A stretch of 64,000 nt of DNA from an uncultured Bacteroidota bacterium (GTDB taxonomy: Bacteria > Bacteroidota > Bacteroidia > Chitinophagales > LD1). Position 1 is the first letter of the stretch, and each line of letters opens with the position of its first letter. Made by a program: the position numbers and the translations under genes. Shown one piece after another: positions 27,489 through 35,864 of the stretch. The notes under the pieces are model-generated. The model saw nothing but the letters and a program-made list of their open reading frames with translations. It did not search any database and was not told the DNA's origin. The DNA lies in contig CALAYL010000054.1 in assembly GCA_937894725.1 (NCBI GenBank), positions 617 through 64,616 on the forward strand, in the 5' to 3' direction.

Positions 27489-27518
27489 TTTTACAAATTA
27501 TAACTTAATATTATAACC

Positions 27519-27862
27519 ATGGAGCAAACTATTTTTTTTTCTCGCTTTGCTTACGTAGCCTTACTTGGTGTTTAGTCAAGGAAAGGATAACTATTATTTT
27601 GAGTACGTATCATTTTCTGTATGTATAATGATAATGGAGAAGTGAAATTTAAGCCTAGTGAGGAGTAGATCCAGGCTTTAACTCTTGGAGCAAAACGGGA
27701 AGGACTTGAAATAAATAAAGGGTACTACTATGCCAAAGACATAGCAGAAATATAGGATTACTCGGTAAAGATGGATTTGAAATGGTGACAAGCATTACTG
27801 TCAAAACCAATGAAGGTACCCATGTTACTTTTTACTTTAAAAAGAAAATAAGAAAAGAGTAA
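27519..27862 (+). pseudogene. Decayed small secreted-protein gene (about 115 codons, split over three frames with in-frame TAG stops)
   Basis: Four protein-like pieces lie in successive frames:
1. ATG plus a signal-like MEQTIFFSRFAYVALLGV*.
2. SQGKDNYYFEYVSFS.
3. YNDNGEVKFKPSEE*IQALTLGAKREGLEINKGYYYAKDIAEI*.
4. GLLGKDGFEMVTSITVKTNEGTHVTFYFKKKIRKE*.
A T9 run sits at 27532-27540, just after the start codon. Confidence 0.4.
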
Positions 27863-27981
27863 TTGTCTCCATTTTTTTAGCTAAAAAGTGGCCGATTTTT
27901 TATTGACTATTATATTTTCATTTTTATTTAAAAAACTGTGTATTTTAGTTTTATAATCAGATAATCTGAGTTAAGAAAATT

Positions 27982-29517
27982 ATGGCACAAATACCATTCT
28001 CGCAAACACTAATTCATCGCTATATACGGCTGTTGACTGATAATCAAGTCAAGAAGTTTATAAATCATTTGGATGAAACTAATGCTTTATTGCCTAAAAA
28101 GCTTGTTGAAGTAGTATATAATCATCCAGATTGGGGTGCAAAAGAAGTACACAAAGCGGTGTATGGGGGTAAAAAAAGCACACATAACCTCAATCAGCTG
28201 ATTTCTTATACGTTTAAGCTGTCTGAATGGATGGCTATCAACTATCCATTTTATCTCACTCACAATATCGTAAAGCTAAACGAACTCGTAGTAGAGGGTA
28301 AGCTGAATGAAGCAACAGAGTTGGCGGAAAATACGCTATATATAGCCGCTAAAATCTGTGATTATTCTACACAAATTGCAGTACTAAAGTTTTTGACGCA
28401 GCAAAGTTATCTGCTCAATCAGAATAGAACTGCTGTGGAGTTTCATAACCTCCTTATGGAAGCAGTAGAAGACGAGGCAACTTTTCAGCGTCTTCAATTT
28501 ATGTTTAAAACGAGACTCCATTCCGCTAACATAAATGTTGTAGAAAAACCAACTATTAAAAGAGAACTAGAAGAAATGGAGAGTTTCTTCAATCATCGGT
28601 CAATAGCCGTTTCGCTTTTGAGCAAATTGATGTTTTTACAAACCACGCTTTTCTTTTTTCCCGAAAAGTTCATTACAAAAGAGTCGTTAGATTTTATAGA
28701 GCGATTAGAAAAAGATTTAAACAATCATACCTACATAGTACTACCCATACTTTTTGATTTTAGAAGTTATCTCAATTTCTTAAAGCTAAACTCTGTAATA
28801 TATGACATCAATAGCCTTGAAGGGAAACGACTTTTTAGGGACATGGAAAAATACTCTTCAAAGATCGCCTATTGGAATCATTATTTGAACATACCTCAAA
28901 TGTATGTGCTGACAGGAAAGGCATCGTACTATATGACCAAGTATCATCATCTTTTGCCAAAGTCAGAATACAGCAAATTAGTGGTTAGCCAAGATTTAAA
29001 AGATTTAAAAGGCTTAATTAAGTCATGTGAAGAATTGCTGAGCAAAAATGATTGGCGAGTTCACTACCAAAAAGAATATCTACACCTTGTAGTAACGCAT
29101 TCTGTACTGTTGATGATAAGTGATAAGGGTTATATCAATACTTCAAATGAACAATTGGAACAGCTACTTACAACCTATCAGCAAGTCAATATCACAGGGT
29201 CTATTGATACTATATTTGTGGTGTTGTCGATAGGTTATTTTGCACAAGGCAACTTTGTGAAACTAGAAGAGTCTTTCCATAGGTACATTAAGCTCATCAA
29301 AAAAAAACCATTGTATGAAGACAATGATATTGTGATTCATGTGTACTATTACCTAGGGCAATGGCTACGTCACAAGAGAAAACAATATATCGAAAAACTA
29401 ATGGTACAGTACAATCGCACATTGGCAGATCCTGTACTTTTTGCAGACACCCATCATTCGATAATAGAGTTGGTGAAAATGTATGGCGTGCCTATTGAGT
29501 TTCCAAAGATTAAATAA
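27982..29517 (+). CDS. Hypothetical 511-aa all-alpha (TPR/helical-repeat-like) protein, no family recognised
   Basis: Long clean ORF with no signal peptide or TM segment. It is rich in K/L/N/Y/E/I and appears helical throughout. It contains an A9 run at 29299-29307 (KKK). It is preceded by about 500 bp of decayed or non-coding AT-rich DNA. Confidence 0.75.
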   Translation: MAQIPFSQTLIHRYIRLLTDNQVKKFINHLDETNALLPKKLVEVVYNHPDWGAKEVHKAVYGGKKSTHNLNQLISYTFKLSEWMAINYPFYLTHNIVKLNELVVEGKLNEATELAENTLYIAAKICDYSTQIAVLKFLTQQSYLLNQNRTAVEFHNLLMEAVEDEATFQRLQFMFKTRLHSANINVVEKPTIKRELEEMESFFNHRSIAVSLLSKLMFLQTTLFFFPEKFITKESLDFIERLEKDLNNHTYIVLPILFDFRSYLNFLKLNSVIYDINSLEGKRLFRDMEKYSSKIAYWNHYLNIPQMYVLTGKASYYMTKYHHLLPKSEYSKLVVSQDLKDLKGLIKSCEELLSKNDWRVHYQKEYLHLVVTHSVLLMISDKGYINTSNEQLEQLLTTYQQVNITGSIDTIFVVLSIGYFAQGNFVKLEESFHRYIKLIKKKPLYEDNDIVIHVYYYLGQWLRHKRKQYIEKLMVQYNRTLADPVLFADTHHSIIELVKMYGVPIEFPKIK

Positions 29518-29854
29518 GGGCTAGCGAGGGATCCCAAAATATTTTTTCAAAATTTTGGACTTGATGCTCAACCACCATTACCCCTTCTTTTTCTAACAAA
29601 CATTGCATCGTATCGGGCGTTGCAAAATGGTGCCTACCGGTGAGCAAACCTATTCTATTTACTACTCGCTGTGCAGGTACAGGTGGATGTTGGGCATGTG
29701 CTGCATTCATAGCCCAGCCTACAATACGTGATGACCCCCCGCTACCTAGATATTTGGCAATAGCCCCATAGCTAGTGACTCTGCCGTGAGGTATCAAGCG
29801 TACTACAGCATATACATCTTCAAAGAAGGAATAGGTTTTGTCTGAATAGCTCAT
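29510..29854 (-). CDS. Alkyltransferase-like protein (MGMT DNA-binding domain without the acceptor cysteine; YbaZ/ATL family)
   Basis: 114 aa. It has the helix-turn-helix wing motif RVTSYGAIAKYLG and RIVGWAM. The position of the PCHRV active site reads PAQRV (A61, codon at 29672-29674). Confidence 0.8.
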   Translation of the reverse strand: MSYSDKTYSFFEDVYAVVRLIPHGRVTSYGAIAKYLGSGGSSRIVGWAMNAAHAQHPPVPAQRVVNRIGLLTGRHHFATPDTMQCLLEKEGVMVVEHQVQNFEKIFWDPSLALI

Positions 29855-30543
29855 GCCAATGAAAATCGGAGATAGTTGATAGGTTTATTTTCTGCTAAAA
29901 ATTTAGTTTCATAGTAGGTTTTGATAGTAAGAAAATCGAAGTCTAAGGGAGCAGCATATATATCTTCTTTATAGTAGTGCAGGGTTAATTTCTCTGCATC
30001 TATGACCTCTTTTGTAAATCTAAATATCCCCAAGTCATCTGTCTTGAGCTGAATGATAGCGTTGGGCTGAAGTATTTTTTTGTATCTATTCAAAAAGAGC
30101 GGGTGAGTGAGTCGATGTTTTTCATGTTTATCTTTAGGAAATGGGTCAGGGAAAGTAATCCAGATTTCAGCCACTTCTTTTTCAGCAAAAAATTGAGCTA
30201 TATTTTCAATTTTCATTCTTAAAAAAGCCACGTTTTCCAAGCCTTCTTCGAGAGCCGTTTTAGCTCCTGTAAAAATTCGTGGCCCTTTGAGGTCAACTCC
30301 TACGAAATTGCGGTCAGGATATGCTTTTGCAAGATTGACCGTGTATTCTCCTTTACCACAAGCGAGCTCAAGCGTGATGGGATTATCATTTTTAAAAATT
30401 AACTTATTCCATTGCCCTTTGGGGTCGATTTTTTCGCCCGAAGCAGTCTCCAGCGCGGCATCGTCAAAATGGTGATGCTGATATACATTTTCAAAGCCAG
30501 CAATAGCTGCTATCTTTTTCTTTTTTACTTTACGTCCTCCCAT
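29851..30543 (-). CDS. trmB: tRNA (guanine46-N7)-methyltransferase
   Basis: 230 aa. SAM motif LELACGKGEYT, plus FPDPFPKDKHEKHR and LKTDD motifs. Confidence 0.9.
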   Translation of the reverse strand: MGGRKVKKKKIAAIAGFENVYQHHHFDDAALETASGEKIDPKGQWNKLIFKNDNPITLELACGKGEYTVNLAKAYPDRNFVGVDLKGPRIFTGAKTALEEGLENVAFLRMKIENIAQFFAEKEVAEIWITFPDPFPKDKHEKHRLTHPLFLNRYKKILQPNAIIQLKTDDLGIFRFTKEVIDAEKLTLHYYKEDIYAAPLDFDFLTIKTYYETKFLAENKPINYLRFSLA

Positions 30544-30602
30544 GCCGTTTTTTTGTTGATATATTTAGTACGCAAATATAGAATCTGTATGATTGCAGTG
30601 GT

Positions 30603-31406
30603 ATGAAAATTTCAAAAACACACTTTTTTAATTTCAAAGAGGCCTCTATCGCTTATCAAATCTATGGTAGAGGGCCTTCGGTAGTTTTTCTGCATGGCTA
30701 TTGCGAAGATAGTTTTATATGGCAATCGGGCATTAAGCGATGGAGCAAAACGCATACTTGTATTACAATCGACCTACCCGGTTTCGGAAAATCAAGTTTA
30801 CTTAAAGGCTATTCGATCGAAGACTTAGGTGATATGGTAGCCGCTTTATTGTCACAACTTTCTATTGCAAAAGTTTCGTTGATTGGACATTCGATGGGGG
30901 GCTATGTGGCTCTTGCCTTTGCAAAAAAGTATCCTTTGTTATTGTCAAGTATTGGGCTCATTCACAGCCACTGTTTTGATGATAATGAAGCTAAAAAGGC
31001 TAATCGAAGAAAATCAATCGATTTTATAAAACGACATGGCACATCCGCATTTTTGACACCATTTTACACCCAACTTTTTGCAGCTGAAAACTTCGCTAAA
31101 CACAAGCATCTCATTGCCGATTTGACTAGGAGAAACGCAAGTTTAAGTGTAGAAGCGATCATAACAGGGGCCGAAGCGCTAATCAATAGACCTAGTTTTG
31201 AGCAGGTGTTAAAAAGTATTGACTGTCCTGTGCTGATTTTTGGGGGAGGGCAAGATGCAGCCATAGCTAAAGAGCAGACTATGAAAATGGCTACTATGCC
31301 CGCTATTGCTGATTTTTATTTTGAGCAAAACGTAGGACACATGGGCTTTTTTGAATGTAAATCTATTTTTGAAAAAGCGGTGAGTGATTTTTTGGAGCGA
31401 ATATAA
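30603..31406 (+). CDS. Alpha/beta-fold hydrolase
   Basis: 267 aa. Oxyanion motif VVFLHGY, nucleophile elbow GHSMGG, C-terminal GHMGFFE (catalytic His). Confidence 0.8.
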   Translation: MKISKTHFFNFKEASIAYQIYGRGPSVVFLHGYCEDSFIWQSGIKRWSKTHTCITIDLPGFGKSSLLKGYSIEDLGDMVAALLSQLSIAKVSLIGHSMGGYVALAFAKKYPLLLSSIGLIHSHCFDDNEAKKANRRKSIDFIKRHGTSAFLTPFYTQLFAAENFAKHKHLIADLTRRNASLSVEAIITGAEALINRPSFEQVLKSIDCPVLIFGGGQDAAIAKEQTMKMATMPAIADFYFEQNVGHMGFFECKSIFEKAVSDFLERI

Positions 31407-31526
31407 GCTTGTGATGTTTCAATAAATGAGTTACCTTTTATGCTATTTTCTTAGTAATGAAACTAAACCTCTGTCTGTATGCATGAGGTTAGCTACTACA
31501 GACTTTAGCGTATATACGATTATCCG

Positions 31527-31754
31527 CTACACCCCTTTAAAAAACTCCTCTAAAGGCACATCCAAATGTGCACCTATTTTATAAAGTGTCTGTAGGGTTA
31601 CATTCAAGCCACCTCTTTCTAATCTACTGAGTGTGCTGATGTCTATATCTGTCTGATAGCATAGCACTGCCTGCGAAAATCCCTTTTCTAATCTGTATTT
31701 TTTTACTTTTTGACCGATAAGCAGCTGGATGCTTTTTTCTGAAGGGTATTTCAC
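31527..31754 (-). CDS. XRE-family helix-turn-helix transcriptional regulator
   Basis: 75 aa. Classic Cro/C1 HTH (LEKGFSQAVLCYQTDIDISTLSRLERGGLNVTLQTLYKIGAHLDVPLEEFF). It is divergent from the following cargo genes. Confidence 0.8.
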   Translation of the reverse strand: MKYPSEKSIQLLIGQKVKKYRLEKGFSQAVLCYQTDIDISTLSRLERGGLNVTLQTLYKIGAHLDVPLEEFFKGV

Positions 31755-31852
31755 CCTCTAAAAATTTAGAATAAAATTTTTGTTATTGTAGGAGTATAAT
31801 CCTATATTCACATAATAGACCGAGATACTGTATATTCATGTAAAATCTGAAT

Positions 31853-32842
31853 ATGAAAACACTCACCAAAACTGCTCTACTGATGTATCTGTTTTGCCTA
31901 GCATACTCCCCAGCCACCGCACAGATAAACCTCGTGCCTAATCCGAGTTTTGAGGAGTATGATAGTTGTGCCTATTTTATTACGTATTTTTATGCTAGAA
32001 ATTGGATTAATCCTACAACTGCAACACCTGATTATCATCAAGCTAATTGCAATAATTCATTTTCAGGAGTGCCTAACAACTTCATAGGCTTTCAAAATGC
32101 AAGAACAGGCTTGGGATATGCAGGGTTTTTAACAAGTGATTTACGCCCCCAATCTACCGATTACAGAGAATACATACAATGTAAGTTTTTAAAAAAAATG
32201 GAAAGAGGTAAAAAATATATAGTTACCTTTTTTGTATCCTTAGCAGATAAGAGTCAAAAAGCCTGTGATAATATTGGGGCATACATTTCTAGCGTAGCTC
32301 CCCACAGTTTCGATAACTTGAATTTATATGTAACCCCACAGGTAGTTAGTACTCATTTTAGCCCCATTGCAGATACCACGAACTGGATAGAAATCAGTGG
32401 AGTTTATGAGTCTAATGGTGATGAAGAGTTTTTAACAATAGGGGTTTTTAGTAAAAATACTAGTACAGACTGGATTTATGTTGATAGTTCAGCAGATTAC
32501 TATGAGCCTTATTATTATGTAGATGATGTATCTGTAGTTGAAATAGACGAGGAGCCATTCAAAATGCCAACTGCATTTACTCCAAACCTTGATGGAAATA
32601 ACGATTTATACTATCCTGTATATTTTGATAGAAAATTAAAAATAAAGGATTTTAGAATTTATAATGGGTGGGGCGAGATCGTTTACAATGATCCAAGCAA
32701 ACCATGGGATGGCACTTTTATGGGGAAACCGCAACCACCAAATATTTATACCTATTATATTTTTGCGGATATCCCTTTGCCAGACATACTAGACTCTTTC
32801 AAAACCTATAGGAAGATAGGTGCTTTTATATTGATTAGATAA
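31853..32842 (+). CDS. Secreted protein with a type-B T9SS sorting domain (gliding-motility-associated C-terminal domain, CHU_C type)
   Basis: Signal peptide ending ...SPATAQ. The N-terminal NLVPNPSFEEYDSC... domain looks like a jelly-roll/CBM fold. The C-terminus is FTPNLDGNNDLYYPV...FRIYNGWGEIVY...WDGTFMGKPQPPNIYTYYI...GAFILIR. Confidence 0.8.
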   Translation: MKTLTKTALLMYLFCLAYSPATAQINLVPNPSFEEYDSCAYFITYFYARNWINPTTATPDYHQANCNNSFSGVPNNFIGFQNARTGLGYAGFLTSDLRPQSTDYREYIQCKFLKKMERGKKYIVTFFVSLADKSQKACDNIGAYISSVAPHSFDNLNLYVTPQVVSTHFSPIADTTNWIEISGVYESNGDEEFLTIGVFSKNTSTDWIYVDSSADYYEPYYYVDDVSVVEIDEEPFKMPTAFTPNLDGNNDLYYPVYFDRKLKIKDFRIYNGWGEIVYNDPSKPWDGTFMGKPQPPNIYTYYIFADIPLPDILDSFKTYRKIGAFILIR

Positions 32843-32864
32843 TTTTTAAACAAAAACTTTTATT

Positions 32865-35774
32865 ATGAAAAAATTTAAATTTTCTTTAGCTATTGGTATC
32901 ATTATTTGTATCCTTCCAACTTATGCACAAACTCCTTGGTTTTTAACTGGGAATAATCCAAGTACGACCAATTTTCTTGGAACTACAAACACTCAACCAC
33001 TCCGCATTCAAACTCAAAGTGCTTTCCGCATGAAAATCAATCCCAATATCAGCTATCAGGTCAATCTACTGGGCACTCAGCCCAAAAATGGCTTCACACT
33101 CATAGGGCCTAATACGTCTAATGGTAGCGGTACTGGCTCGCTATACGACAACAGTTGGGGGGCGTTTAGCCTCCTCCACCTCAATGGCGATGGTCAATTT
33201 GTGGAAGAATGGGGCTATAGAAACTGGATGCGTACGGGTATTACCTTTACTGGCAATCGAGACCTTGCGTATATGGGACTAAGGAAACTTAGCACCAATG
33301 AACAAGAAGAAGACATGACCGAAACTACTATAGCCTGGACAGACAATAATGGATCAAATGGATTTTCATCCGATGATTTGCAGTTTCGTTTTATAACCGG
33401 TAGAAGCGGTGGAGTCGATAATCTCGCTACGCCCGATGACCTAGATGGTCTCCACATAGCTCGATTTACCTCAAACGGTAGAATCGGATTTGGCAATACC
33501 TTTGGGCTAAACGCTACGGGCATGACCCCAACTGTGCCTTATGTAGCTCCTCAAAACCTCCTTCACATGAGCCTTTCGGGCAATCAACCTGTATTTCTTC
33601 AAATCACTAATAGAGATAATGCAGGCGGTAGCTCAGGCACAGGCGAAACAGCAAATGACGGACTTTATCTAGGCTTGCCAGCTACTACGGCTAACAATAT
33701 GCCGGGTATTTTTAGCAATAGAGAAAACGACCGCCTCTTGTTTAGAACCAATGAAGCCAATAATTTTAGTACAGGCGAGCGTATGCGAGTCATGCACATA
33801 GGCGCATTGAACGATGGTGTAGGCTTCAATCCAGGCAATCTACCCAATAATCTGACCCGTATAGGTATTAGTCACAATCCAGATAATCCAGTAACTCGCC
33901 CATTGAGTCTGCTACATCTTGGCTACAATACACAAGCCGCCATACCAAACGAAAATGGATGGAGACCGTGGATGGATGTGGGCATGTATGTGTCGCAGCA
34001 AAGCGATAACGTGTATATAGGCTTAAAAGACGAGGGCAATGATAGACAAGATGCGGTAGTGAGCTGGGGCGATAATCAAGTGAATGCGGGACCAGCAGGA
34101 GCAGGCCCCGACAATTTTAGATTTATCTTTACTTCTACCCCATTTGTAGGCGCAGGGGGTACAGTACCAGCCACAGGAGCTAATGGATTAGAAGGTTTAC
34201 GAATTTCGCCTACACAAAATAATGGTTTACGCACAGGTATAGGAGGCGACCCTACGGCTAACTTGTATAACGGAGGTAGCCAAAATCCTACAGCTACCCT
34301 AGAAGTGAACGCATGGGGAGGAGGCGTAAATAATAGTGGACTACGTTTTACGAACCTAACGAGCGCAGCTACTCCAACTGCAAACCCAGGTGCAGGAGTA
34401 CTTTCTGTAAATGGAAATGGCGATGTAGTCTATGTAGAATCAAATACCGCCACACCTGCTATCGGAAACTATTGCCCAGACCCACAAATGCCACTTGCAG
34501 ACCATTTTGAAGTGCCCTTAAATGGGTTTTCGTATAGTTTTACAGCAGAACCTGACCCAAGTGCAAGTAATGTGAATATTGGAAATGTCACTTGTGGTTT
34601 ACAATTACCAGCAAGATTGTTAGTGTATCAAACAGAGAGCATGCCTGATACTTCACAATCTATAGCAATTGCTGGAGTAATAGATGGTAACCATTTAAAT
34701 CAGAAGTATCAGTATGGCATTTATGGAATTGCTAATACTATGAGAACATATGAGCACGCTGGTGTGTTTGGGGTTTCTTACAATCCAATTAATGGTAATG
34801 GAGGACCTTGGTTATCAAGAGGTATTGGAATAAAAGGAGAAGCAGGTGGAGGAGATGAAAACGTTGGTGTATTTGGTGATTGTGTAGGCAATACTAATCA
34901 AAAATATAATTATGGAATTTATGGTAGAGCATCAGGTGCTACTGTGCAAAACTACGCTGGCTTCTTTCTTGGCGATGTTTTAATTTCTGGCACAGGTTGG
35001 GTTAATGGAAATCAAGTTATAACATCAGATAGAAATTTAAAAACTGGAATTACTCCAATAAGCAATTCGACTAGTATTTTAAAACAATTGTTACCATCCA
35101 CTTATTATATGGACACCGTTAAAAATATTGGCTTAGGGTTGTCAAATAGAAGACAGTATGGTCTTATAGCTCAAGATTTGGAGAAAGTATTGCCCGATTT
35201 AGTGCATGAAACTCAAGTAGCAGAAAGAAGAGACTCTGCAGGTAATATAGTTGCAAGAGAAACCAAGTATAAAGGTATTGATTATATAGGACTCATTCCA
35301 TTTCTTATAGGCGCCATACAAGAACAACAAGGGGAGATGGGTATAAAAGATTCTGTCATTAATTCGCTAAATGAAAGATTATCGAAATTAGAAAATTGTA
35401 TCAATGGATTGAATTTATGTAATAGAACTAATTATAGAGTAATCCCAAATACTCCCAACACAGAAGAAAATGAAACGAATACTACTAGTAATTCGGTGAA
35501 GCTTAGCGACCCGCAAAACATCGTTTTAAATCAAAACGTGCCTAATCCTTTTGCAGAAAACACTAAAATTTCGTTTTTCTTGCCTAAGTCTGTGAATAGT
35601 GCCAAAATCATTTTCCATAATCAAGAAGGAAAGTTGATAAATAGCGTGACTATTACAGAGCGAGGCAATGCCACCTTGAACGTATATGCAGATGATTTGA
35701 GTAGTGGCATTTATACCTACACCTTGATAGCAGACGATAAAGTAATCGATACTAAGAAAATGGTGAAGAATTGA
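32865..35774 (+). CDS. Tail-fibre-like surface protein: fibre region + peptidase S74 intramolecular chaperone module + type-A T9SS sorting domain
   Basis: 969 aa with a signal peptide. The N-terminus (WFLTGNNPSTTNFLGTTNTQPLRIQT) is typical of Bacteroidota tail-fibre-domain proteins. A YGIYG...AGVFG motif is repeated. The S74 module starts at Ser721. The C-terminus is NVPNPFAENTKISFFL...GIYTYTLIADDKVIDTKKMV. Confidence 0.85.
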   Translation: MKKFKFSLAIGIIICILPTYAQTPWFLTGNNPSTTNFLGTTNTQPLRIQTQSAFRMKINPNISYQVNLLGTQPKNGFTLIGPNTSNGSGTGSLYDNSWGAFSLLHLNGDGQFVEEWGYRNWMRTGITFTGNRDLAYMGLRKLSTNEQEEDMTETTIAWTDNNGSNGFSSDDLQFRFITGRSGGVDNLATPDDLDGLHIARFTSNGRIGFGNTFGLNATGMTPTVPYVAPQNLLHMSLSGNQPVFLQITNRDNAGGSSGTGETANDGLYLGLPATTANNMPGIFSNRENDRLLFRTNEANNFSTGERMRVMHIGALNDGVGFNPGNLPNNLTRIGISHNPDNPVTRPLSLLHLGYNTQAAIPNENGWRPWMDVGMYVSQQSDNVYIGLKDEGNDRQDAVVSWGDNQVNAGPAGAGPDNFRFIFTSTPFVGAGGTVPATGANGLEGLRISPTQNNGLRTGIGGDPTANLYNGGSQNPTATLEVNAWGGGVNNSGLRFTNLTSAATPTANPGAGVLSVNGNGDVVYVESNTATPAIGNYCPDPQMPLADHFEVPLNGFSYSFTAEPDPSASNVNIGNVTCGLQLPARLLVYQTESMPDTSQSIAIAGVIDGNHLNQKYQYGIYGIANTMRTYEHAGVFGVSYNPINGNGGPWLSRGIGIKGEAGGGDENVGVFGDCVGNTNQKYNYGIYGRASGATVQNYAGFFLGDVLISGTGWVNGNQVITSDRNLKTGITPISNSTSILKQLLPSTYYMDTVKNIGLGLSNRRQYGLIAQDLEKVLPDLVHETQVAERRDSAGNIVARETKYKGIDYIGLIPFLIGAIQEQQGEMGIKDSVINSLNERLSKLENCINGLNLCNRTNYRVIPNTPNTEENETNTTSNSVKLSDPQNIVLNQNVPNPFAENTKISFFLPKSVNSAKIIFHNQEGKLINSVTITERGNATLNVYADDLSSGIYTYTLIADDKVIDTKKMVKN
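35025..35400 (+). other. Peptidase S74 (endosialidase-chaperone type) autoprocessing module inside the 969-aa CDS
   Basis: SDRNLK places Ser721 and Lys726 at the i/i+5 spacing of the Ser-Lys dyad. This is followed by ...YGLIAQDLEKVLPDLVHE...KGIDYIGLIPFLIGAIQEQQ...LNERLSKLE, which matches the general pattern of the phage tail-spike chaperone domain. Confidence 0.8.
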
Positions 35775-35798
35775 CATGAAAATAGTCAAATCTGCTAC

Positions 35799-35827
35799 AA
35801 GGTCGGCATCCTAGCCGACCTTTTTTA
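35799..35827 (+). terminator. Rho-independent terminator after the tail-fibre-like gene
   Basis: GGTCGGC (35801-35807) pairs with GCCGACC (35814-35820) around a 6-nt loop, followed by TTTTTT. Confidence 0.8.
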
Positions 35828-35864
35828 TTCCTTCCATAAATTATTTTATCTTAGTCAAAAAAAA

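Noticed and set aside
27519-27862. Stop-codon recoding (two in-frame TAG codons) instead of a pseudogene
   Set aside because: TAG is used as an ordinary stop by clearly intact genes in this window (for example ileS, guaB and the 62-aa HTH gene). The region also needs frameshifts to be read through.
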